From IMG/VR virus record IMGVR_UViG_3300024259_001450, positions 1-60,075 of that record: 60,075 bases of DNA; one strand, given 5' to 3'. This DNA is from a virus. Taxonomy: Duplodnaviria > Heunggongvirae > Uroviricota > Caudoviricetes. Both the position numbers and the translations under genes were made by a program. Of this stretch, positions 30,510 to 38,653 are shown piece after piece. The notes beneath the pieces were generated by a model that searched no databases, was not told the DNA's origin, and saw nothing but the letters and a program-made list of their open reading frames with translations. Each line of letters begins with the position of its first letter. Within the stretch, counting starts at the first letter, position 1.

Positions 30510-33265
30510 TGTTCCCAAATCAACAATTATTAACTCTGGTTGTGACCAATAATAGCACATTCGTAGAAGGTGTTATTAAATCAGAGGTTTACAAGGGTCT
30601 TAAAAAAACACTGCGTTTTCAGCCAGAAGATGCGTTTTTTAAAGCTAAACACATCAAAAGCAAAACTAATTGGCAATGGGATGGATTTGTCTACTTAATT
30701 TGTCGCAGTAAAGGGTACTGTAAGTGTGAAATCAAAAAAGATGGTGTCCATTTTCCAACAGGACTATACAGTAGAGTTGTAAAGTTCTTTAAAGATAACT
30801 CTATTCCATATAACACATTAGACAAGAGACACATGCCAGATAAAGATTTGTCATTAGACATGTCTGGAGAATGTGAATATAGGGACTATCAAGAAAAGTT
30901 CGTTAATGCATGTGCGGAGCGAGAAAGAGGTTTGGGACAAGCGTGTACTGGTAGTGGAAAAACTTTTATGGGGGCGAAATTAATTCAGATGCTAGGGGTT
31001 GCTCCGTTTATATTCTATGTTCCCTCAATTGATTTATTGAAACAAACAAAAGATGAATTTGAAAGATTCTTATCCAAAAATGGGAAAAAAGCCAAAATAG
31101 GTATGATTGGCGACGGTGTTTTTGATCCTCAAGATATTACCATAATGACAATTCAGACTGCTGTTACTGCTTGTGGTCTTGAGTATGTCAAATATGATGA
31201 GGAAGACAAGAATAAAAGCGACCACACACTAGATGAGAAGCGTAGAGAAATTCTGGATTTAGTTATGTCGGCTAAAGGTATCATTTGTGATGAATGTATC
31301 ACCGGAGATTCTATTGTTTTTGTTAAAAAGTATGGATATGTAAAAACGGAAGAGTTAAAAAACTTTATTGGGGAGGAGATACTTAGTTTTAATGGTACTA
31401 GTGTTGTGTGGGAAAAGATCACATGTTTTATGGATAAAGGAAAAAGAAATTTAATAGAAATTAAGTTTAATTCCGGAAAAAAAATAAAATGCACAAAAAA
31501 TCATTTGATAAAAACCAGAAAGGGATGGATTCAAGCGGGAAATTTGAAAAAGAAAGATTTAGTTTTATCTGTTGTAAATGCGGATGCGGAAAAAAGATTG
31601 ATGTTAGCGGAAGAAGTCCAAGCAAATATCCAAAATACATTCTTGGACACCAGATTAAAAAGAGAAATAAAGATCAGTGGAGAGAAATCTTTAAAAGGCT
31701 TAATCAGGACGCTCCACTCTGTCAGTGTGGATGTGGGAAGAAAGTTGCATTGCGATATAAAACTTTGGAATCTTTTATCAAAAACAAAGGTAATAAAAAA
31801 TATAGAAAATATATTTATGGGCATGATAAAAGACCAAGCGAATGGGGACTTGAACTTAATTTACAAGAAAAACAGTCAATTTTTGGGACTCTTCTTGGAG
31901 ATTCTTCAATGTGCTTTCCAAGTACGAGAAGTAAAAACCCAAGATTGTCATGTAATCATGGATTGGTTCAAAAAAAATGGTCTGAACATAAATCATCGTT
32001 TTTACATAGATTGTCTCCATATGGAAGAATATATAAAAACGCTGGGTATGGCGAAGAAAGTATTTCTTTCCATACAAGATGCTTGCCGTGTCTTCATGAA
32101 ATATATAAATATATGTATGTTAACAACAAAAAGATTGTTAATCAAAAATGGCTTGATGGTATCGGAGAAATTGGATTGGCGTGGTGGATATGCGATGATG
32201 GAAGCAATAACAATGGATTGCTTAGATTCCACACAGAAGGATACTCTCTTGAAGAAAATAAACTCATTTCACAGTGGTTTTGCAGAAAATATGGAGATGT
32301 TTGTATTAGACCATCTAAGGGAAAATACTATTATATTGAATGTAGAGCAAAAACTACTAGAAAAATATTTGAAATTGTCTCAAAACATATTCCAGGGTGC
32401 ATGTCTTACAAAATACGATGAAATCGTATCTATTGTAGATATCGATAAAGACAATGTTTACGACATTACAGTAGAAAATACCAATTGTTTTTTTGCCAAT
32501 GGCTTACTAGTTCATAATTGTCAGCATTGGGCCTCTAAGACGTGCCAGGTGATTTCTGACTATTCTGTGTCGGCTCGTTACAAGTATGGTTTTAGTGCCA
32601 CTGTTTATCGAGACAAGAATGATGATATCCTTATCGATTCGTGTTTTGGTAAAGTAATTCAAAATATCACTGCTTCTTATCTAATTGATAGGGGGTATTT
32701 AGTCCCCCCAACTATTAATTTTGTGCCCATAGGTAAAGGGAATACCAATGGTCGTACATATCAAACAATTTATAAAAATCATATAGTTAATAACACAGAA
32801 AGAAATAACTGTATTGCGAATGTGGCTGCTGGTTTTGAAAAACAAGGTATGACTACTCTTATATTGGTTAGACAAATTTCACATGGAAAAATATTAGAAA
32901 AATTAATTCCAGATAGTTATTTCATACATGGAACACACTCAAGTAAACAGAGAAAGAAGCATTTAGACCTAATGCGTTCGGAAAAAGCACCAGTTACTAT
33001 CGCTAGTACGATTTTTGATGAGGGGATAGATTGCAGACCATTAAATGCTTTGATTCTAGCAGGATCAGGAAAAAGTCAGACTAGAGCGTTACAAAGAATT
33101 GGCAGAACGCTAAGGCCATATACGGATGAATTCGGTAATAAGAAGCTCTTTTCTACTGTGGTAGACTTTGTGGATAAGTATAAGTACCTACAAAGTCATA
33201 GCAAAAAAAGAAGAGAGATATACGAAACAGAGCCAAGATTCACCGTCAAAGAATTGAAGGTATAA
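30506..33265 (+). CDS. Superfamily 2 (UvsW/ResIII-like) DNA helicase containing an intein
   Basis: Q motif YRDYQ, Walker A ACTGSGKT, Walker B ICDE-[intein]-CQH, FSAT, IFDEGIDC, QRIGRTLR. Confidence 0.92.
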   Translation: MMFPNQQLLTLVVTNNSTFVEGVIKSEVYKGLKKTLRFQPEDAFFKAKHIKSKTNWQWDGFVYLICRSKGYCKCEIKKDGVHFPTGLYSRVVKFFKDNSIPYNTLDKRHMPDKDLSLDMSGECEYRDYQEKFVNACAERERGLGQACTGSGKTFMGAKLIQMLGVAPFIFYVPSIDLLKQTKDEFERFLSKNGKKAKIGMIGDGVFDPQDITIMTIQTAVTACGLEYVKYDEEDKNKSDHTLDEKRREILDLVMSAKGIICDECITGDSIVFVKKYGYVKTEELKNFIGEEILSFNGTSVVWEKITCFMDKGKRNLIEIKFNSGKKIKCTKNHLIKTRKGWIQAGNLKKKDLVLSVVNADAEKRLMLAEEVQANIQNTFLDTRLKREIKISGEKSLKGLIRTLHSVSVDVGRKLHCDIKLWNLLSKTKVIKNIENIFMGMIKDQANGDLNLIYKKNSQFLGLFLEILQCAFQVREVKTQDCHVIMDWFKKNGLNINHRFYIDCLHMEEYIKTLGMAKKVFLSIQDACRVFMKYINICMLTTKRLLIKNGLMVSEKLDWRGGYAMMEAITMDCLDSTQKDTLLKKINSFHSGFAENMEMFVLDHLRENTIILNVEQKLLEKYLKLSQNIFQGACLTKYDEIVSIVDIDKDNVYDITVENTNCFFANGLLVHNCQHWASKTCQVISDYSVSARYKYGFSATVYRDKNDDILIDSCFGKVIQNITASYLIDRGYLVPPTINFVPIGKGNTNGRTYQTIYKNHIVNNTERNNCIANVAAGFEKQGMTTLILVRQISHGKILEKLIPDSYFIHGTHSSKQRKKHLDLMRSEKAPVTIASTIFDEGIDCRPLNALILAGSGKSQTRALQRIGRTLRPYTDEFGNKKLFSTVVDFVDKYKYLQSHSKKRREIYETEPRFTVKELKV
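31295..32518 (+). mobile_element. Intein (408 aa) in the helicase Walker B motif
   Basis: Block A CITGDSIV, block B CTKNHLI, blocks F/G VYDITVENTNCFFANGLLVHN, followed by Cys+1. Confidence 0.93.
31489..32421 (+). CDS. LAGLIDADG-type homing endonuclease with two CxCGCG zinc-binding repeats, nested out of frame inside the helicase intein
   Basis: SIFGTLLGDSS and GLAWWICDDGS LAGLIDADG helices, LRFHTEGYSLEEN, terminal IPGCMSYKI. Repeats CKCGCG..YILGH and CQCGCG..YIYGH. Frame is -1 relative to the helicase. Confidence 0.85.
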   Translation: MHKKSFDKNQKGMDSSGKFEKERFSFICCKCGCGKKIDVSGRSPSKYPKYILGHQIKKRNKDQWREIFKRLNQDAPLCQCGCGKKVALRYKTLESFIKNKGNKKYRKYIYGHDKRPSEWGLELNLQEKQSIFGTLLGDSSMCFPSTRSKNPRLSCNHGLVQKKWSEHKSSFLHRLSPYGRIYKNAGYGEESISFHTRCLPCLHEIYKYMYVNNKKIVNQKWLDGIGEIGLAWWICDDGSNNNGLLRFHTEGYSLEENKLISQWFCRKYGDVCIRPSKGKYYYIECRAKTTRKIFEIVSKHIPGCMSYKIR

Positions 33266-33342
33266 ATTAAAGTTGTGATGGTGATACACATAAGAGTAAA
33301 GTATATTGTAACAGACGAAGTTGAGGAGACGAAACACTGTAA

Positions 33343-34236
33343 ATGATCCAAGAAGATAAAATTGAAGATTTATTGGTTGGTGCTGTTAAAACAGCTAAGA
33401 AAAAGACAGCCAGAAAAAGTCCAAAAGAGATTTTGGCAAACAATACGTACACCGTTAAAAACTCTAAAGTAGAGAAAGAAAGCGGTGCCGAATTGGTAGA
33501 TTTTTCTGAAAGGAAAAGAACATATCAACCTAAATCTGACGACTTGCTTGAATGGAGTAATAGAGATTTCTCTCTATACATTAAAAATAAATATCGAAAA
33601 AGATATTCTTCTCATTGGAGTCCATCTATACCGTCTATCACATTGCGACTCAATAATATCAAAGAGGTTATTGATGATTTGGTAGGTTTCTGTGACAACA
33701 TAACTTTCAAAGACTATATAGATTTCTTTTTCTCTGAATGGGCAGATTATTGGCGTTCAAAGAATAAAGGAAAAGTCTTGTATCTAACTGTTTTTTATGA
33801 TAAGCAATCGGTAAAAGATTTTGCATCAAAATATGACTATCAATCCAGTGTAAAAAACTATTTGAATGATAATAAGACTGAAGCGGATTCGCCTAAGATG
33901 TTATCGCTTTCTAATAAAATGATGGAACAGTCCCATTTGCTTGGGATATCTAATTTGGTTGAAGAATATGGTATCATTTTGTCTGCCAATTGGCTAATAT
34001 ATAAACGTAATTATGACGGCGATGATGTTATAAAACAGATGCATAAAGCATTATTGTCGTTACACAAAAAAAAGATATTGTCAAAAGCTATCGAAGCTAC
34101 TGAGAAATATTCGCCTTATCCAAGTCGGTTTTTGTTTAAGGACATTAATTCTCTTGGTGTTGATATAGTATGCAATATAGATTGGGTAGATTCACGAGAA
34201 TGTTTGGATTTTCTAAAGGAGCTACATGGAAAATGA
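33343..34236 (+). CDS. Hypothetical protein
   Basis: 297-aa ORF with an upstream GAGGAG; no recognised motif. Confidence 0.6.
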   Translation: MIQEDKIEDLLVGAVKTAKKKTARKSPKEILANNTYTVKNSKVEKESGAELVDFSERKRTYQPKSDDLLEWSNRDFSLYIKNKYRKRYSSHWSPSIPSITLRLNNIKEVIDDLVGFCDNITFKDYIDFFFSEWADYWRSKNKGKVLYLTVFYDKQSVKDFASKYDYQSSVKNYLNDNKTEADSPKMLSLSNKMMEQSHLLGISNLVEEYGIILSANWLIYKRNYDGDDVIKQMHKALLSLHKKKILSKAIEATEKYSPYPSRFLFKDINSLGVDIVCNIDWVDSRECLDFLKELHGK

Positions 34237-34754
34237 AAAAGTTTGAAAAAAGAGCAACCTTAAATGAGAGTATCAGAAGTCGTCAAGTTCATTTGATCGA
34301 TGAGCAAGGCAAAGATCACGGTAAAATAACGCGAGAACAAGCCTTGGATTTGGCCGCTACAAGAGAACTTGATTTGTGGCAAGTCAATACAGATGATGTT
34401 CCTATCTGCAAATTGGTCGATTATGGTAAAATGATGTACGACAAGGCCAAAAAAGCCAAAGCGAATAAACATCAACATAAGCACGTTTCTGTGAAAGAAA
34501 TAAGAACTAGATATAAAACTGATACTCATGATTTACAAAGGAAGCATAAAAAGGTAGCAGAGTTCATCAAAGAAGGTCATAAGGTCAATTACCGCATGAA
34601 GATAAGAGGTCGTGAACGTCTTATGTGGAAAGAGGCTTTTATCAAATTCAATGAGGCTTTGGAAGATTTTGCAGATATAGCTACTTGGAGTCCTCCAAAA
34701 AAGGACGAAGGAAAGAATGCTAATATCGTAGTGGTTTTGAAACCTAAAAAATAG
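34233..34754 (+). CDS. infC: Translation initiation factor IF-3
   Basis: LNESIRSRQVHLIDEQGKDHG..EQALDLA..LDLWQV..PICKLVDYGKMMY..VKEIR..HDLQRK..FIKEGHKV..IRGRE. Start placed at the ATGA overlap at 34233. Confidence 0.92.
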   Translation: MKKFEKRATLNESIRSRQVHLIDEQGKDHGKITREQALDLAATRELDLWQVNTDDVPICKLVDYGKMMYDKAKKAKANKHQHKHVSVKEIRTRYKTDTHDLQRKHKKVAEFIKEGHKVNYRMKIRGRERLMWKEAFIKFNEALEDFADIATWSPPKKDEGKNANIVVVLKPKK

Positions 34755-34762
34755 TTTAAATC

Positions 34763-35818
34763 ATGAAAACAGATTTGACACAAGAAGAACATCTCGAACT
34801 GTTCGGCAGGATGGCTACAAAGGATTTCAATGCAGAAATCGATGCGTTGTTGCGCATTCGTAGTCCACTTCTGTATGTTACAACTAATGAAGAGAGGCGT
34901 TTATTAGATTATTTTAAGCATCTATCCGCAGCTAAAGGATATCGTGTATATTCATGGGATTGTTTTGTGGGACTGATAGATGTTATGACAGGGCAACCAA
35001 CAGATGATTTTGTTGTGGAAATTCCAACAGGAGAAGAGGATGACGATTCTTCTGGTTATGATATGACAGACCCAACAATGATCTTGCAGTTTTTGCATAG
35101 CAGATTTTTGGCGAATCAATCTAATGCTAAAGCTATGAAGTCTTCTGGATGTCGAGGGGAAATTTTTATTCTGTCAGATTACTATTACTACTTTGACCCT
35201 TTAGACTATAGGCCAGATGTAGAAAGAGCATTCAAGCAGATTGCACAAATAACTTCTCCTACTACAGTTGTTGTTACTGGGCCTGTCATAACTTTGACTC
35301 CCTCTCTAGAAAGTGATTTTGTTGTTTTAGATTTTCCTTATCCTAATGAGGATGAAATAGCTGATGTTCTAGATCGACTTGTCGAATCTGTGTTGAAGCA
35401 GGTAAAGGGAACTTCTTCCATCAAAAAAGAGTTAGAGAAGAACAGAGATCAACTGATTCGAGCAGCGGTTGGTTTGACGTTAAAAGAAATAAAAACAGCA
35501 TTTTCAAAATCTATAGCCCAAGATAATAGATTGGATGTAAAATACGTATTAGAAGAAAAGAAACAGATTATACGAAAAAAGGGCTACCTAGAATACTTTG
35601 AACCTAAAGTGACCATTGATGATGTCGGCGGTCTTCAAAATATGATTGATTGGTTTAAGGTCAGAGAAATAGCACTTTCTCCGCAAGCAATAGAATATGG
35701 GTTGAAGGTGCCGAGGGGTGTTCTTATTATAGGCATGCCAGGTTGTGTTCTCGAAGATACAAAGATTAAAATAAGGAAAATTTCCAAAGAAGGAAAATTA
35801 AAATTATATAAGAAATAA
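34763..35818 (+). CDS. Ycf46-like AAA ATPase, N-terminal half fused to a 24-aa split-intein N fragment
   Basis: EEKKQIIRKKGYLEYF..DDVGGLQNM..PRGVLIIGMPG, then CVLEDTKIKIRKISKEGKLKLYKK-stop. Confidence 0.88.
   Translation: MKTDLTQEEHLELFGRMATKDFNAEIDALLRIRSPLLYVTTNEERRLLDYFKHLSAAKGYRVYSWDCFVGLIDVMTGQPTDDFVVEIPTGEEDDDSSGYDMTDPTMILQFLHSRFLANQSNAKAMKSSGCRGEIFILSDYYYYFDPLDYRPDVERAFKQIAQITSPTTVVVTGPVITLTPSLESDFVVLDFPYPNEDEIADVLDRLVESVLKQVKGTSSIKKELEKNRDQLIRAAVGLTLKEIKTAFSKSIAQDNRLDVKYVLEEKKQIIRKKGYLEYFEPKVTIDDVGGLQNMIDWFKVREIALSPQAIEYGLKVPRGVLIIGMPGCVLEDTKIKIRKISKEGKLKLYKK
35744..35815 (+). mobile_element. Split intein N fragment (IntN, 24 aa)
   Basis: Block A-like CVLEDTKI directly after the first half of Walker A (GMPG). 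Confidence 0.85.
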
Positions 35819-35862
35819 TATATAGTTCTTAGTCGGGGAAACCAATTATAGGAGCATATGTT

Positions 35863-36750
35863 ATGGAAAAAGAATTTGCTAGAAATTGTCCTAAATGTAG
35901 TAAAATTTTACGGTATAAAAACAAGAAAAATCTTGATAAAGCGAATAAGTTAAATAGACGATGCAGATCATGTGCGTGGAAGAATAATAGCAAAAAGCCA
36001 GAAATGATACAAATGTACAAAAAAAGAAGTGAAAAATACAAAGGTTCTGGTAATCCGTTTTATGGACATACACATACAGAAGAGTCAATAAAAAAAATGG
36101 GAGAGAATAAAAACTATGATATATATAAAACTAAAGATTTTAGAGTCAAAATATCTAAATTAACTTCAGGCAAGAATAATCCTATGTATGGTAAAAACTG
36201 TTATGATGTTTGGGTAGAAAAATATGGTCAATTTGAGGCAGATAGAAGGCAAAAAGAATTAAACAGTGTGAGGTCGAAAAATGTTTCTGGTAAAAAAAAT
36301 CCTATGTATGGTAGATTACCGCCAAAAGGGTCTGGAGCAGGATGGAGCGGGTGGTATAAGGGCTGGTTTTTCAGGTCTTTACGAGAATTATCTTACATGA
36401 TAAATGTAATTGAAAAAAAACAGTTAAAATGGAAGAGCGCTGAAAAGAATATAAATATAAAATATTTAGATTATCTTGGCAATAACAGAACTTATAGACC
36501 GGATTTTTTAATAAATGATAAAATATTAGTAGAAGTCAAACCTAAGAAATTAATGGAAACGCCCAATAATAGATTAAAGAAGATCGCAGCCATAAAATTT
36601 TGTGAAGATAATAATTTAGAATATAAAATGGTTGATGTTAAAATAATTGCAAAAGAAAATCTTATTAAAATGCACAATGATAATTTAATAAGATTTATAG
36701 ATAAATGGGAAAGTGTTTTTCAAAATAAATATTTAAAAAGAGATAAATGA
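35863..36750 (+). CDS. Free-standing putative homing endonuclease (Zn ribbon, NUMOD3-like repeats, TnsA-like PD-(D/E)XK domain)
   Basis: CPKC..CRSC; GSGNPFYGHTHTEES, GKNNPMYGK, GKKNPMYGR; FRSLRE..YRPDFLINDKILVEVKP; own RBS AGGAG. Confidence 0.82.
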   Translation: MEKEFARNCPKCSKILRYKNKKNLDKANKLNRRCRSCAWKNNSKKPEMIQMYKKRSEKYKGSGNPFYGHTHTEESIKKMGENKNYDIYKTKDFRVKISKLTSGKNNPMYGKNCYDVWVEKYGQFEADRRQKELNSVRSKNVSGKKNPMYGRLPPKGSGAGWSGWYKGWFFRSLRELSYMINVIEKKQLKWKSAEKNINIKYLDYLGNNRTYRPDFLINDKILVEVKPKKLMETPNNRLKKIAAIKFCEDNNLEYKMVDVKIIAKENLIKMHNDNLIRFIDKWESVFQNKYLKRDK

Positions 36751-37124
36751 TGGATACAAACAAAGAAATTGAAATAACTATAAAAGATTTTTTTGAACTT
36801 TCACAAAAAGATGGTGGTGAATATCAAATATATACTCCAGACGGATGGCAAGATATTGGGTTTTTGGTATCAGATCATAAAGAATGTTATAATATAATTA
36901 CACAAAATGGATTAGAGTTGGGGTGTTCGTTTTCTCATCAATTATTGACTCAAGATGGTTGGAAAACAGTTGAAGAAATTGATGTACAAAATGATAAGAT
37001 ACAAACTGTTTTTGGATTTGAGAATGTTGTTGCAAAAGAATATCTTGGTTGTAAAGACACCTATGATATAAACGTTGATGGTGGAAAAAATAGATATTAT
37101 TCAAGCGGAATAGTGTCACATAAT
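36747..37124 (+). mobile_element. Split intein C fragment (IntC, about 126 aa)
   Basis: IYTPDGW, block B LGCSFSHQLLTQDGW, blocks F/G TYDINVDGGKNRYYSSGIVSHN/C. Confidence 0.88.
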
Positions 37125-37796
37125 TGTGGTAAAAGTCTAACCGCGAAAGCGATTGCTTCATTGTACCAGTTGCCTCTTTTAAGATTGGATTTTGGTAATT
37201 TGTTTGGCAGTAAGATGGGGGAATCAGAGAGGCGTGTTAGAGAGGCTATGAGGCTCACAGAGGCTTTGGCTCCTGCTATACTGTGGATTGACGAGTTAGA
37301 GAAGGCGTTGTCTGGTGTGCAATCTAGTGACCAATCTGATGGCGGTACAACGGCAAGAGTTATAGCAACTTTTTTAACATGGATGCAAGAAAGGGAATCT
37401 CCTATTATAGCTATTTGCACAGCGAATAGACAAGAGAAATTATTGCCAGAAGTTATGAGGCGATTTAGCGAGATATTCTTTGTGGATTTACCAAGAGAAA
37501 ATGAAAGAGAACAAATTTTTAGAGCATTAATTAGACGAAATAATCGTGATCCTGAAAAGTTTAATCTAAAAAGATTATCTAGGCGTACAGAAAATTACAG
37601 CGGATATGAGATTGAAAAGATAATTGAGAATGCGATGTATAGAGCATGTAACCAAAAATTCAGAGAATTCACGACTAAAGATATTGAAGAAGAGATAGAA
37701 GTTTTTAAACCTCTCTATGATGTTCGGGAGCAGGAGTTTAAGGAAATGAGGGAGTGGGCCGATGGGAGATGTGCCTTTGCTAATACCGATGGATAA
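36747..37796 (+). CDS. Split-intein C fragment fused to the C-terminal half of the AAA ATPase
   Basis: Intein part ends SGIVSHN, then CGKSLTAKAIA (rest of Walker A), Walker B LWIDELEK, sensor CTAN, arginine finger EVMRRF. Confidence 0.9.
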   Translation: MMDTNKEIEITIKDFFELSQKDGGEYQIYTPDGWQDIGFLVSDHKECYNIITQNGLELGCSFSHQLLTQDGWKTVEEIDVQNDKIQTVFGFENVVAKEYLGCKDTYDINVDGGKNRYYSSGIVSHNCGKSLTAKAIASLYQLPLLRLDFGNLFGSKMGESERRVREAMRLTEALAPAILWIDELEKALSGVQSSDQSDGGTTARVIATFLTWMQERESPIIAICTANRQEKLLPEVMRRFSEIFFVDLPRENEREQIFRALIRRNNRDPEKFNLKRLSRRTENYSGYEIEKIIENAMYRACNQKFREFTTKDIEEEIEVFKPLYDVREQEFKEMREWADGRCAFANTDG

Positions 37797-37813
37797 ACAA
37801 CGAGTAGTGCGAT

Positions 37814-38653
37814 GTGGAGATAAGAATGACAGACATTAATAAGTTTAGAAAAGAATACGAACGAAGGTATGCACGTAAGTTTTGTCATGTCAATGGCATT
37901 TCAGAATGCCCGAATAAAGAAAAATGTACATGCAAGATTGCAGCAGAAATTAAGTCCCACCTAAAAACGATCATTGCTTCGCCTTATTATAACTACACTA
38001 TTGACGATTTTACTGGTAAATATAAAGGCAAGGAACTTCTCAGCAGATCAATTGCCATCAAAGCAAAAGAACAGTTGGTTAAATACTGTTGGGGCGATGA
38101 TATGGAACTCGTAGATTTCAATTCATTGAATGAAAAACAGAGAGACGAAAAATCTGTTATCGATTTGAGGAGAAAGCAAGGACAGCATATAGTTGTGAGC
38201 GCTGGTACCAGCGATTTCTCTATTGGACTAAAAAACAAGAGTGGTAAGACGTTCATCGCCGCCTTAGTAATGAGAGAAGCGATAAAGCGGAAAGGATTTC
38301 CAGGACATCAATCAGTAACATATGCTTGGACTCAATTCCCGATGTTGGAATATAGGATAAAGCACGACGATCCTTCTTTGACGTATGCTATGTCAGCAGA
38401 TTGGCTTGTCGTAGACGATATAATGAGTTCTGCTCAAACTAGAGCAGCAGAAGCGTATATCTCTTCTATTATTAATCCGTTTTTCTTTGAGAGAATGCAA
38501 AGTGGGTTGCCAACGATTTTAGTATTCAGATTTGACATTTCTCAGATGGCAGATTTGGCATTAGAAGAAAAATTCGGTGTAGCTATAAGCAAAATGTTAA
38601 AAGATTCACGCACTACGAAAATATTTTTATCTGAACAGAATGGAGACAAGTAA
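37814..38653 (+). CDS. DnaC/IstB-like helicase loader ATPase
   Basis: N-terminal Cys cluster, KSGKTFIAALV Walker A, DWLVVDDI Walker B, ER..GLPTI; directly upstream of DnaB. Start may be the ATG at 37826. Confidence 0.7.
   Translation: MEIRMTDINKFRKEYERRYARKFCHVNGISECPNKEKCTCKIAAEIKSHLKTIIASPYYNYTIDDFTGKYKGKELLSRSIAIKAKEQLVKYCWGDDMELVDFNSLNEKQRDEKSVIDLRRKQGQHIVVSAGTSDFSIGLKNKSGKTFIAALVMREAIKRKGFPGHQSVTYAWTQFPMLEYRIKHDDPSLTYAMSADWLVVDDIMSSAQTRAAEAYISSIINPFFFERMQSGLPTILVFRFDISQMADLALEEKFGVAISKMLKDSRTTKIFLSEQNGDK

Noticed and set aside
35816-36750. AAA ATPase as a pseudogene disrupted by an insertion
   Set aside because: Both halves keep complementary intein blocks and intact ATPase motifs with translational coupling, which fits trans-splicing better
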